DNA of 64,000 nucleotides from an uncultured Alphaproteobacteria bacterium (GTDB lineage: Bacteria; Pseudomonadota; Alphaproteobacteria; RF32; CAG-239), in contig CASFQO010000012.1 in NCBI GenBank assembly GCA_949297145.1, positions 67,401 through 131,400 of the forward strand, written 5' to 3'. The notes below the pieces were generated by a model. That model saw nothing but the letters and a program-made list of their open reading frames with translations. It did no database searches and was not told where the DNA came from. Below, one piece after another: positions 40,747 through 50,530 of this stretch (the stretch's first letter is position 1; each line of letters starts with the position of its first letter). A program made the translations under genes and the position numbers.

Positions 40747-42123
40747 ATGGCTAAAAAATCAACAGTTGATTATGTTTGCCAATCTTGCGGTGCAGTATAT
40801 CCTAAATGGCAAGGAAAATGTGATGCTTGCGGGGAATGGAACTCAATTGTTGAAGAAAAGAAGCCGTCTGCTGAATTTTCTAATATTTCTACAAAAAAAC
40901 AAGGAAGCCAAATTGACTTTGTTTCTCTTAATGGTGAGAGTCAAACTTATCAGCGTCTTGTTACAAATTTATCTGAAATTAATAGAGTATCCGGTGGCGG
41001 TTTAGTGCCGGGTTCTGTTATTTTAGTCGGAGGAGATCCCGGTATTGGCAAGTCAACCCTTTTATTGCAGATTTGTGCAGATGTCGCCAGTAAACTTCAA
41101 GATAACAGTTGCTTCTATATTTCCGGTGAAGAGGCTATCGATCAGGTGCGTATCAGAGCTAAGCGTTTAGGCTTGTCGAATGCCCCTGTTCGGCTCGCAA
41201 GCACAACAAGTGTTAAAGATATTGTTGCCACACTTGAAAAAGAAAATCCTTCGTTGGTTATTATTGATTCTATCCAAACGATGTATATTGATGAAATAGA
41301 ATCGACTCCGGGTAGTGTTGCTCAAGTTAGAGCTTCTGCTTATGAGTTAATTAAAATTGCAAAAAAGAAAGGCTTTATTTTATTTCTTGTTGGGCATGTT
41401 ACAAAACAGGGAGCCATTGCCGGACCTCGCGTCTTAGAGCATATGGTTGATACAGTACTCTATTTTGAAGGTGATAGAGGGCACCATTTTCGTATTCTTC
41501 GAGCTGTCAAAAACAGATATGGTGCAACTGATGAAATCGGTGTTTTTGAAATGCAAGATAACGGTCTTATTGAGGTTGAAAATCCCTCAGCTCTCTTTTT
41601 GGCGGAGCGCCAGGGATGCATTTCCGGCTCCTGTGTTTTTGCCGGAATTGAGGGGTCTCGTCCGTTATTGGTAGAGATACAAGCACTTGTAGGAAACAGT
41701 GGCTATACCGGTGCAAAAAGAGCTGTGGTTGGCTGGGATTCTAATAGATTAGCTATGATTCTTGCCGTTTTGGAAGCACGGTGCGGAATGAATTTCAGCA
41801 CACATGATGTTTATCTAAATATTGCCGGCGGATTAAAAATTACCGAGCCTGCTGCTGATCTAGCTGTGGCTATGGCTGTTATTTCTTCTATGACAAATAA
41901 ACCGCTTCCTGCTGATATGGTTGTTTTTGGAGAAATTGGATTATCCGGTGAAATCAGAGCTGTCAGCCAGCCTACGCTTCGGCTTAAAGAAGCGCAGAAG
42001 TTGGGTTTTTCTAATGCGATTATTCCTTGTTCTTTTTCTAAAGATAAAAAACAAAAGCTTATTACAGGTATGTCTTACCACGAAATCGGTAATGTTCAGA
42101 GACTTATTTCAAGATTTAATTAA
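40747..42123 (+). CDS. radA: DNA repair protein RadA
   Basis: ATG 40747 lies 1 nt after the mlaF stop. It has the zinc finger CQSCGAVYPKWQGKCDACGEW, Walker A GGDPGIGKST, the KNRYG motif and a Lon-like C-terminal domain. Confidence 0.95.
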   Translation: MAKKSTVDYVCQSCGAVYPKWQGKCDACGEWNSIVEEKKPSAEFSNISTKKQGSQIDFVSLNGESQTYQRLVTNLSEINRVSGGGLVPGSVILVGGDPGIGKSTLLLQICADVASKLQDNSCFYISGEEAIDQVRIRAKRLGLSNAPVRLASTTSVKDIVATLEKENPSLVIIDSIQTMYIDEIESTPGSVAQVRASAYELIKIAKKKGFILFLVGHVTKQGAIAGPRVLEHMVDTVLYFEGDRGHHFRILRAVKNRYGATDEIGVFEMQDNGLIEVENPSALFLAERQGCISGSCVFAGIEGSRPLLVEIQALVGNSGYTGAKRAVVGWDSNRLAMILAVLEARCGMNFSTHDVYLNIAGGLKITEPAADLAVAMAVISSMTNKPLPADMVVFGEIGLSGEIRAVSQPTLRLKEAQKLGFSNAIIPCSFSKDKKQKLITGMSYHEIGNVQRLISRFN

Positions 42124-42134
42124 GGGAGAATTTT

Positions 42135-42914
42135 ATGGAACCGTTAAATAATATTGATGTTGTTATTTTAATTGGTGTTGCTTTATCTATGCTGGTCGCT
42201 TTTATCCGCGGTTTTGTGAAAGAGGTACTCTCTATTCTTGGTTTGGTTCTTTTTATTATCCTAACAACCTATTTAACGCCTGTTTTAACGCCGTGGATGA
42301 ATCAATTTATTGCAAGCAAGTTAATGGCCCAGTTTGTTATCTTTTTATTGATTATGGCCGTATTTTATGCCTTCTGGATTATTGGCACAGATAAACTTAT
42401 TGCTAAAATTCGCACAAGTACCTTGAGCTTTATGGATAGACTCTTTGGCCTGATTTTCGGTTTTCTTAGAGCCGTGCTTATTTTGGGCTTTTGTTTTTTA
42501 ATTGTTAAAATAACTTTACCAGAAGAAATCAAAGACAAAGATGGTATTTTGAAAAAATCTCAATATTTTATGATGGCGGAACCTTGCTCTGATATGATAG
42601 AATCCTTATTGCCTGAAGATTTTATTGCTAATACTGTAAAATCCGTCGAAGATATGAATAAAACAGATAAATCTAAAGGCGAAAAGGCTAAGAAAAAAGA
42701 AGAGCCAACTAAGCAAGATAGTATTTCTGAACTTCCTTCTAAACTGGATCAAGAACAGATGGATAAAATGTTTGATTTATTGGTTAAACCTGAAATTAAA
42801 AGCAAAGCTAAATCTGAAAAGACTCAGCCTTCAAGCAAAAAATCTGAACCGGAAGGATATGATAAAAAGGAAACGAATAGTTTGGATCGTTTAATTGATA
42901 TTACGGCTGAATAA
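42135..42914 (+). CDS. cvpA: CvpA-family membrane protein with K/E-rich tail
   Basis: RBS AGGGAGA. It has four N-terminal TM helices in the CvpA arrangement. The C-terminal ~90 aa are lysine/glutamate-rich and low in complexity. Confidence 0.7.
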   Translation: MEPLNNIDVVILIGVALSMLVAFIRGFVKEVLSILGLVLFIILTTYLTPVLTPWMNQFIASKLMAQFVIFLLIMAVFYAFWIIGTDKLIAKIRTSTLSFMDRLFGLIFGFLRAVLILGFCFLIVKITLPEEIKDKDGILKKSQYFMMAEPCSDMIESLLPEDFIANTVKSVEDMNKTDKSKGEKAKKKEEPTKQDSISELPSKLDQEQMDKMFDLLVKPEIKSKAKSEKTQPSSKKSEPEGYDKKETNSLDRLIDITAE

Positions 42915-42925
42915 ATTTCTATTAT

Positions 42926-42954
42926 AAAAAAGGCGGCTATAAACCGCCTTTTTA
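42926..42954. terminator. bidirectional rho-independent terminator between cvpA and tyrS
   Basis: Stem AAAGGCGG / CCGCCTTT with a 7-nt loop. It is flanked by an A-run upstream and a T-run downstream. Confidence 0.75.
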
Positions 42955-42963
42955 TTTGTATTT

Positions 42964-44217
42964 TTATTTCAAAACAAGAAGTCCGTGTTTCTTTTTACCT
43001 TGTGAAAGCTTTATATTGCCGTTCTCTATATCCTTTTCTGTTATGATATAATTTTCGTCGGTAATTACCTTATCATTTAGTTTTAGCCCGGCCTGCTTGA
43101 TTAAACGTCTGGCTTCCCCCTTGCTTGCAACAAAACCTAGTGCTAAAAAGGCATCCAAAACACTTATTCCTTCTTTTGAAGCGGTTGCTGAGGGTAATTC
43201 ATCACCAGCAACGCCTCTTTCAAATGTTTTGATAGCAGTTTCTTGCGCTGCTTGAGCTTCAGCCTCACCACGGCAAATTTTTGTTGCTTCAAAAGCTAAT
43301 ATTTTTTTAGCTTCATTTATTTCTTTATCTTTTAATGCTTCCAGCTTATGAATTTCATCCATTGGCAAATCTGTGAAAATACGAAGACATTTACCAACTT
43401 CTGCGTCACCAATGTTACGAAAATATTGGTAATAATCATAAGAAGAAAGTTTATCCTCATTTATCCAGACGGCATTACCTTCTGATTTACCCATTTTTTT
43501 ACCGGCAGAATCGGTCAATATCGGACTTGTAAAGCCAAACAACTCGGTGTCATACCGTCTTCTGCCCAGTTCTGTACCGGAAACGATATTTCCCCACTGA
43601 TCTGCTCCGGCTATTTGTGCGCGGCATCCATATTTTTGTAGTAATACGCAAAAATCATATCCTTGCAGCAGCATATAATTAAATTCCAGAAAAGACATTG
43701 GTTGCTCGCGTTCTAAACGGCTTTTTACACTATCCATTGTCAGCATTCTGTTTACAGAGTAGCAAGTACCGATATCTCTTAAAAACTCTAAGTAATTTAT
43801 ATCTTTAAACCAGTCAAAATTATCTACCATTAATGCATCATTTTTACCATCACCAAAATGTAAAAATTTCATAAATGATTTTTTTAAGCCTTTTACATTA
43901 TGCGCGAGGGTTTCTTCACTCAAAAACGGACGCAATTTATCCTTACCGGATGGATCACCTATACGAGCTGTTGCACCGCCTACAAGTGTTAATGGTTTAT
44001 GACCGCATTTTTGAAACCAACGAAGCATCATCAAAGGAACAATATGCCCCACATGCAAGCTGTCTCCGGTTGGATCTGACCCTAAATACCCTACTGCAGG
44101 AGTGCCTTTTTTCTCACAATCTGCTAAGTATTCATCAAACCCTTCTACATTAGTACATTGATTGTAAAAACCTCTTTCTTGCATTATATTCAAAAATTCT
44201 GATTTAAAACTTGTCAT
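42964..44217 (-). CDS. tyrS: tyrosine--tRNA ligase
   Basis: Class I motifs HVGH (SLHVGHIVPL) and KMGKS, with a C-terminal S4-like domain (ARRLIKQAGLKLND). Confidence 0.95.
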   Translation of the reverse strand: MTSFKSEFLNIMQERGFYNQCTNVEGFDEYLADCEKKGTPAVGYLGSDPTGDSLHVGHIVPLMMLRWFQKCGHKPLTLVGGATARIGDPSGKDKLRPFLSEETLAHNVKGLKKSFMKFLHFGDGKNDALMVDNFDWFKDINYLEFLRDIGTCYSVNRMLTMDSVKSRLEREQPMSFLEFNYMLLQGYDFCVLLQKYGCRAQIAGADQWGNIVSGTELGRRRYDTELFGFTSPILTDSAGKKMGKSEGNAVWINEDKLSSYDYYQYFRNIGDAEVGKCLRIFTDLPMDEIHKLEALKDKEINEAKKILAFEATKICRGEAEAQAAQETAIKTFERGVAGDELPSATASKEGISVLDAFLALGFVASKGEARRLIKQAGLKLNDKVITDENYIITEKDIENGNIKLSQGKKKHGLLVLK

Positions 44218-44296
44218 TTTTACTTCCTTATTGCTAAATTTTGAGTCATATTAACATAATAATTTGATATTGCAATTATATTAGAAGGTTTTTCTT

Positions 44297-45397
44297 ATGC
44301 TTATTAGGGGGTTAAATTGTTTGGGGTTGATGGGAACTTCTACTTTTGGAGGAGTAGAGTTGGCACTTATCAAAACAGACGGTATTGATATTATTGAGCG
44401 AAAAAAAGCTTATGTTGTCCCCTATTCCGATTATTTAAAAGACCTTATTAAATCTGTTTATGGTTTGCAGAGAAATACTCCCGAAAATGAAGAGAAATTA
44501 AAAGCTGTCGATACTGAGGTTTCTGATTTTTATATTCAACTTATTAATGAGTTCAAGAAAGATTGTGACGAGACGATTGATGTTGTTGGTATTGATGGCC
44601 TAACTATTTTGCACAACCCAAACATTCCTTATACTTATCAGTTGGGTAACGGTCGTTATATTGCAGCCAAAACAGGTATTAAAGTTGTTACTCACTTTAG
44701 AAACGCGGATATTTGTAGCGGCGGGCAAGGTACACCTATTTCTTCCAGTTATTTTAATGCTGTTGCCGTGGATGAGATCAAGCCTGTTGCGTATGTCAAT
44801 ATTAGTGGAAAATCCAGCATAACTTGGATTGGGTCTTTTGGTGAATTTGTTGGCTTTGACTGTGGTCCGGGAGATAATTTTATTAATGATTGGACTGCTA
44901 GACACGCCCACATGGAAAATGATTATAACGGACGTTTGGCTATTCTTGGAAAAGTGCACGAGAAAATCGTTAATTCTCTGATGCATCATAAATTTTTTGC
45001 AAAATTTCCACCTAAAGCCGCTTATACAGGTATATTTGCCGATAAAGCAGAGCATTTGGAAGGTTTATCTTTAGAAGATGGTGCAGCTACCGCAACAGCT
45101 TTTGTGGCGGAGGCAATTTGTTATTCTATTTGTCTCTATTTGCCTGAGCTACCTAAAAGGGTTGTTATTTGCGGAAAAGGAGCTGCTAACCCTACATTAG
45201 TGCGTTTTATTAGACAACGTTTACCTAATATTGAGGTTGTTCTTAGTAAAGAGGTTGATATTCCTATTGAAACTGTTAATGCTGAAATCAGTGCTTTTTT
45301 GAGTGCCAGAGCTATTTATTCATTACCGATTACATTTCCATCTACAACAGGTGTGGCTCAGCCAATGCCGGGAGGAGAAATTTATGAAGCAATCTAA
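44297..45397 (+). CDS. anmK: anhydro-N-acetylmuramic acid kinase
   Basis: The N-terminal GLMGTS...GG motif, the ADICSGGQGTP segment and overall length are typical of AnmK. Confidence 0.9.
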   Translation: MLIRGLNCLGLMGTSTFGGVELALIKTDGIDIIERKKAYVVPYSDYLKDLIKSVYGLQRNTPENEEKLKAVDTEVSDFYIQLINEFKKDCDETIDVVGIDGLTILHNPNIPYTYQLGNGRYIAAKTGIKVVTHFRNADICSGGQGTPISSSYFNAVAVDEIKPVAYVNISGKSSITWIGSFGEFVGFDCGPGDNFINDWTARHAHMENDYNGRLAILGKVHEKIVNSLMHHKFFAKFPPKAAYTGIFADKAEHLEGLSLEDGAATATAFVAEAICYSICLYLPELPKRVVICGKGAANPTLVRFIRQRLPNIEVVLSKEVDIPIETVNAEISAFLSARAIYSLPITFPSTTGVAQPMPGGEIYEAI

Positions 45398-46184
45398 AAA
45401 GAATACAAAAAATTCTTGTTCTCTTGTTATACAAAATGTTTCAAAAAAATATGATGAAATATATGCCGTTAATGACATTTCTTTTGAAACAACACAAGGT
45501 GAAGTTATAGCTCTACTCGGACCGAATGGTGCAGGAAAATCTACGTTAATGAATATGATTTCCGGTTTTTTATCTCCTACTTCTGGTCATATTTGGGTTA
45601 ATAGCAAAGACGTTGAAAAAGATGCTCTTGATACCAAAAAAGATATAGGATTTTTGCCGGAAGGGGCTCCTATGTATGCGGATATGAGTGTTTCTTTATT
45701 CTTGAAATATATGATTGAGCTTAAACTTAATCTGACGGAAACGGAACAATGTTCTAAGTCTCAAATTAAAGATTGTTATAAAGAAGAATTTATGCGCATT
45801 GTTGATTTAGCCAAGATTAACGATGTTTTGCATCAGAGAATTGATACGCTCTCTAAAGGGTATTTACGACGTGTGGGTTTTGCGCAAAGTATTATCGGGA
45901 ATCCGCCTATTTTACTTCTAGACGAACCGACAGATGGTCTTGATCCCAATCAAAAAGAGCATATGCGTCACTTAATCTGCGATATGAAAAAAGATAAAAC
46001 TATCCTTATTTCTACGCATCTTTTAGATGAAGCTGAAACTGTTGCATCCAGAATTATTTTAATCAATAAGGGAAAAATTGTTGCTGACGGAGATTTAAAA
46101 TCAATTTTGAAATTCACTCATAAAAATTCACTTGCAGAGGCTTTTCATTTGCTAACAACGACGGAGGGGAATATCCATGAATAG
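45384..46184 (+). CDS. ABC transporter ATP-binding protein (ABC-2/GldA-like)
   Basis: ATG 45384 follows GGAGGA and overlaps the anmK end by 14 nt. It has Walker A GPNGAGKST, signature LSKGYLRRV and Walker B ILLLDEPTDGLD. Confidence 0.85.
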   Translation: MKQSKKNTKNSCSLVIQNVSKKYDEIYAVNDISFETTQGEVIALLGPNGAGKSTLMNMISGFLSPTSGHIWVNSKDVEKDALDTKKDIGFLPEGAPMYADMSVSLFLKYMIELKLNLTETEQCSKSQIKDCYKEEFMRIVDLAKINDVLHQRIDTLSKGYLRRVGFAQSIIGNPPILLLDEPTDGLDPNQKEHMRHLICDMKKDKTILISTHLLDEAETVASRIILINKGKIVADGDLKSILKFTHKNSLAEAFHLLTTTEGNIHE

Positions 46185-49100
46185 TATTAAAACTATTATA
46201 CGTTATGAATTAATCAGATATTTTTTATCTCCGCTGGCTTATGTTTATTTGGTTAGTTTTTTATTTTTAAGCGGTTCTTGTGCTATTTATTTTGGACACT
46301 TTTTTAGCGATGGAAATGCTATTCTTTGGGGATTATTTGACTACCAACCGTGGATTTATCTTTTGTTTATACCAGGTATTGCTATGCGCTCTTGGGCTGA
46401 GGAATTCCGTTCTAAGAGTATTGTGCAAATACTAACTGTTCCTGTTTCAATTACAGATTTGGTCTGGGGAAAGTTTTTTGCCTCATGGCTTTTTGCTATT
46501 TTTGCTATTTTATTAACTATTCCTTTTTGGATTACAGTCAATCTCTTTGGCGATCCTGATAATACTGTTATCTTTATCAGCTATATTGGGTGCTTTATTT
46601 TAGCCGGAGCCATGCTTGCTATTTCACAAACGATGTCGGCTTTGACTAAAAATCCGGTTATTGCCTTGGTTTTAGCCGTTTTTGTTAATTTGCTCTTTTT
46701 CTGGAGCGGTTTTGATTATGTTTTATTTTGGGCTAGAGAAATTTTTAGTGATGTTATTGTTGATACGATTATTTCTTTTAGTTTTTTGACACACTTTGCT
46801 TCTTTAAGTCGTGGACTTGTTGAACTTAGAGATTTAATTTTCTTTGGCTCTCTTATTATTTTCTTTAATTTAATTACTATTGCCGTTATTAGCTTAAAAA
46901 CTAAAGGTAATTCTGGGCTTATTTCTTCTTCTAGCTTAAAACATAGTTTTTTAGTTCTTATTCTCCTCTTTATTGGCTTTTTTGGTATTAACATCATTGC
47001 CAATAACGTTTTTAGGCAGATAAGTTACGATTTTACTGCAGATAAATATCTAAGTCTTACAAAAAACACTAAAGATATTCTGCGAAAATTAGAAAGACCT
47101 ATTACTGCTAAACTCTATTATTCTCCTATTTTGGGGCAGCGTAATCCGGAAATTCGGCAAATATTTGATCGTGTAAAATTAATATTGAAACAGTACAAAA
47201 CCTATTCTAACGGAAAATTTGATTATAAGATTTATACTCCGTCTTTCTTAGATAAAAATGAAGATCGAGCTTTAGCTGAAGGATTGCAACCTATTCCTTT
47301 GATTGACATTAATCAAAATGCACTTTTCGGAATTAGTTTTTCCGATACACTTATGAATAAAGCCGTTATTCCTTTCTTCTCTCTTGAGCGTTTGCCGTTT
47401 TTGGAGCAAGATTTAACGACCAATATTTATAAAATGCAGCATAAAAAGAAGACTCTCGGTATTTTGAGTTCACTCCCTATTCAAGGTAATATCCGCCAAG
47501 ATGATGTCTTGATGAAAAAATGGGAAATAGTTAAGTATATCGAAGATATATATGATGTTAAATTTATTACCCAACCTCAAGATTTGGACCAATCGTTTGA
47601 TGTTTTTATGCTTGTTCATCCTTATGGCCTCACAGATGAACTGATTGAAAAAATAAAAAAGCAAAAGAAAGTATTATTACTTATGGATGTGGCAGATGAT
47701 GCTTCTCGCCTTTATTCACCGATAGGTGGACAATTTATCACCTCTGACATAGGTGCTTTATCTGATTATTGGGGAATTCAATTTTATGACTTGGGTGTTG
47801 CTGCGGATTTTGATAATTCTATTCTTGTTGATGAAACAGTTAACTACCGTACAAACCCTTCTTTTACTCAAGATTTGCTTCAGTTTAAGGTAACTGCAGA
47901 TGACTTTAATCCAAACCATAGAATAACTTATAAACTCAACAATATTTTATTTTCTTCTGCTTCTATGGTTATGCCTAAAGAAGGTGTGGACGTTTTATAT
48001 TTTCCTCTTATCAAAACAAGTAGAAATTCTAACCTTTTAAATGTATTGCTTGCTAAAAAAAGTATAAGCCCTCGCGAGGTTTTAGCTCAATATACACCGG
48101 GAAATAGCGTTATCGTTATTGCGGCAGAATTTTTAAGTAATGACCCTTCTAAACCTTTTGATGTTATCGCCGTTGGTGATACTGATTTTATGTACGATAA
48201 TTTTTGGGCAAAAGAATCTAAATTTTTAGATATGTCTTATAATATTCCGGTCTTTGACAGTGCTAATTTTATCTTGAATGCGCTGGATTATCTAACGGAC
48301 AATGATGATCTAATCAACTTAAGAGGAAAAACAGCTAAGCGTAGGCCTCTCTATCGTGTTGATAATATGCGCAAAAAGAATTTATATCGTTATAAACTTA
48401 AAGAAAACGATATATTTAGAGCAATTGATGCTGCTAAGCAAGGGTTAGTAGAAGTTGCTGCAAAGAAAAGTTTTGAGGAAAGAGATACTTTTAGCTCTGA
48501 CGAGCTTGCTGTTATCGGGAATATCAGAAATGAAATTAACAGCTTAAGGCAAGAATTAAGCTCTTTAAAACTTAACGCAAATAGAGATATTGAGACTCTT
48601 GATACTAAAGTTAAGTTCTTTAATATTTATTTTGTTGCTCTAATCATTATTCTTATGGTTATTTTGTACTCTTTCTATAGAAGAAAATTACATCTTTGTG
48701 CTGTAAAGAATCTCTTCTATTTTGATAAGAGTTTATGCAAATTGGCTCTTGTTGTTTCTATAATTGTCGCATGCGCCCTACTTTGTGTTTATTTAGAGAA
48801 CAAAAACAGTATTTCAGAATATGAAGACAGACCTGTTTTTCAAAATTTTGATAAAAAAATAAATGATATCTCGCTTATCAAGCTGCAAAATCGAAATACA
48901 ACTCTAACTTTTGAAAAGAAAAACGGTATTTGGATTTTAAAAGAACATCCCAATATGCCTGTTTATCAAGAACGTATCAGACGTTTTCTTATTACGGTCA
49001 ATAATATGACTTTCTATGAGAAAAAATCTGATAAGGTAGCAGATATGCAATATTTCGGCTTTTTACCTCTCAGCAATAAAGAATCACTAATGATTTCTGT

Positions 49101-49626
49101 GGTTTTATCAGATACGAATAATCGAGAAATAGAGAGCTTTGATATTGGATGGTACGATATGGATTTGGGTAGAGGCTCAAAATCTGCGTTTATTCGTCTT
49201 AAAAATAAATTCCAGATATGGCTTGTAGAGGCTGATTTTTATGATTTGTCTTTAGATATTAAAAATTGGACCTATAATAGTTTGTGGAATTTACGCTTTG
49301 GGCGATTAATCAGCTACAACGATATTTCAACTGATAATTCTGTGATGAATCTTGCGAAAATATTATTGAATACCTATTATCAAAATATAGTTGAAGGTGT
49401 TAAAGTTGAAAAACTTTCTTCTTTGCGAATAAAGGCTGAATATAATAATTTATTAGATATTGTTTTTTATAAAACTTCTGACGGAAAATACTTTGTTCAA
49501 TATGTTTTTCTAACTCAGCCTAATGGCAAGCATATTGAATTTTTTGAAAAATATGTCAGAGGAAAATTCTTACAAATATCTAAAGAAACATGGAAAGAAA
49601 TAGAAAATGCAATTAAGTCTAAATGA
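46177..49626 (+). CDS. fused ABC-2 permease / GldG-like auxiliary domain / DUF4340-like domain protein (1149 aa)
   Basis: The first ~245 aa form a six-helix ABC-2 permease. Residues ~280-760 resemble GldG-type auxiliary components (ITAKLYYSP..., IAVGDTDFMYDNFW). Two TM helices follow near aa 810-875. The C-terminal ~270 aa resemble DUF4340 (TLTFEKKNGIWILKEHPNMPV). The start overlaps the ATPase gene by 8 nt. Confidence 0.65.
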   Translation: MNSIKTIIRYELIRYFLSPLAYVYLVSFLFLSGSCAIYFGHFFSDGNAILWGLFDYQPWIYLLFIPGIAMRSWAEEFRSKSIVQILTVPVSITDLVWGKFFASWLFAIFAILLTIPFWITVNLFGDPDNTVIFISYIGCFILAGAMLAISQTMSALTKNPVIALVLAVFVNLLFFWSGFDYVLFWAREIFSDVIVDTIISFSFLTHFASLSRGLVELRDLIFFGSLIIFFNLITIAVISLKTKGNSGLISSSSLKHSFLVLILLFIGFFGINIIANNVFRQISYDFTADKYLSLTKNTKDILRKLERPITAKLYYSPILGQRNPEIRQIFDRVKLILKQYKTYSNGKFDYKIYTPSFLDKNEDRALAEGLQPIPLIDINQNALFGISFSDTLMNKAVIPFFSLERLPFLEQDLTTNIYKMQHKKKTLGILSSLPIQGNIRQDDVLMKKWEIVKYIEDIYDVKFITQPQDLDQSFDVFMLVHPYGLTDELIEKIKKQKKVLLLMDVADDASRLYSPIGGQFITSDIGALSDYWGIQFYDLGVAADFDNSILVDETVNYRTNPSFTQDLLQFKVTADDFNPNHRITYKLNNILFSSASMVMPKEGVDVLYFPLIKTSRNSNLLNVLLAKKSISPREVLAQYTPGNSVIVIAAEFLSNDPSKPFDVIAVGDTDFMYDNFWAKESKFLDMSYNIPVFDSANFILNALDYLTDNDDLINLRGKTAKRRPLYRVDNMRKKNLYRYKLKENDIFRAIDAAKQGLVEVAAKKSFEERDTFSSDELAVIGNIRNEINSLRQELSSLKLNANRDIETLDTKVKFFNIYFVALIIILMVILYSFYRRKLHLCAVKNLFYFDKSLCKLALVVSIIVACALLCVYLENKNSISEYEDRPVFQNFDKKINDISLIKLQNRNTTLTFEKKNGIWILKEHPNMPVYQERIRRFLITVNNMTFYEKKSDKVADMQYFGFLPLSNKESLMISVVLSDTNNREIESFDIGWYDMDLGRGSKSAFIRLKNKFQIWLVEADFYDLSLDIKNWTYNSLWNLRFGRLISYNDISTDNSVMNLAKILLNTYYQNIVEGVKVEKLSSLRIKAEYNNLLDIVFYKTSDGKYFVQYVFLTQPNGKHIEFFEKYVRGKFLQISKETWKEIENAIKSK

Positions 49627-50530
49627 TAATTTTTTGAAGAAATCTGCCGCCGTTGCTGGTGTTTCTTTGGCAGTAATGCTTATCCTTTTGAAGTTTTTTG
49701 CCTTTTTAAAAACAGATTCTTTGGCTATTTTTTCATCGCTTGCTGATAGTGTTACTGACTTATTTGCTTCTATGGTATCTTTTGTTGCTGTATATTTTTC
49801 AACAAAACCTGCTTCTAAAAGTCATAGATATGGTTATGGAAAAACAGAAGCATTAAGTGCTTTTTTACAAGCTGTCTTTGTAGCGGCTTCCGGTATTTTT
49901 GTTATTATAGACGGTATTAAAAGGCTTATATCCCCTGTTGCTATAGAAAAAACAGATATCGGTATATTTATTATGCTGTTTAGCATTTTTGCAACACTGA
50001 TTTTGGTGTTATTTCAAACGTATGTTGCAAATAAAACAAATTCTTTGGCCATTAAAGCTGACAGAGCACATTATACTGTTGATTTCTTAACAAATTCTAC
50101 GGTCGTTGTTTCTTTAATTTTAGTGCATTTTTTCGGATTTGTTTACTTTGATGTTATTGCTGCGTTGTTTATTTCGGCTTATCTGCTTTATAATGCTTAT
50201 GATTTAGCAAAAGAAGCCGTTGAACAAATAACAGATAAAGAACTTTCTCCTGAAATACGTCAGAAAATTCAGGATATTGTAGCCCACAGCGAAGGTATCC
50301 ACGGAATGCATGATCTTAGAACTAGAAGTTTAGGGGACATTTACTGCTTTGAGCTTCATCTTGAAATCGATGGAAAAATCTCTCTTTTGGAAGCACATAA
50401 ACTTTCTGATGCGGTTGAGCATAAAATTATTGAGGCTTTTCCCGGAAGTCAGGTTATCATTCATCAAGATCCCTATGGTATACGCGAAGATAGATTAGAC
50501 CATCAGCTTGATGGCTCTTGTCGTCTTTAG
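49607..50530 (+). CDS. cation diffusion facilitator (CDF) family transporter
   Basis: Six TM helices carry CDF metal-site motifs (SLADSVTDL, HYTVDFLTN). A cytoplasmic C-terminal domain follows (HDLRTRSLGD...HQDP). Confidence 0.85.
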   Translation: MQLSLNDNFLKKSAAVAGVSLAVMLILLKFFAFLKTDSLAIFSSLADSVTDLFASMVSFVAVYFSTKPASKSHRYGYGKTEALSAFLQAVFVAASGIFVIIDGIKRLISPVAIEKTDIGIFIMLFSIFATLILVLFQTYVANKTNSLAIKADRAHYTVDFLTNSTVVVSLILVHFFGFVYFDVIAALFISAYLLYNAYDLAKEAVEQITDKELSPEIRQKIQDIVAHSEGIHGMHDLRTRSLGDIYCFELHLEIDGKISLLEAHKLSDAVEHKIIEAFPGSQVIIHQDPYGIREDRLDHQLDGSCRL

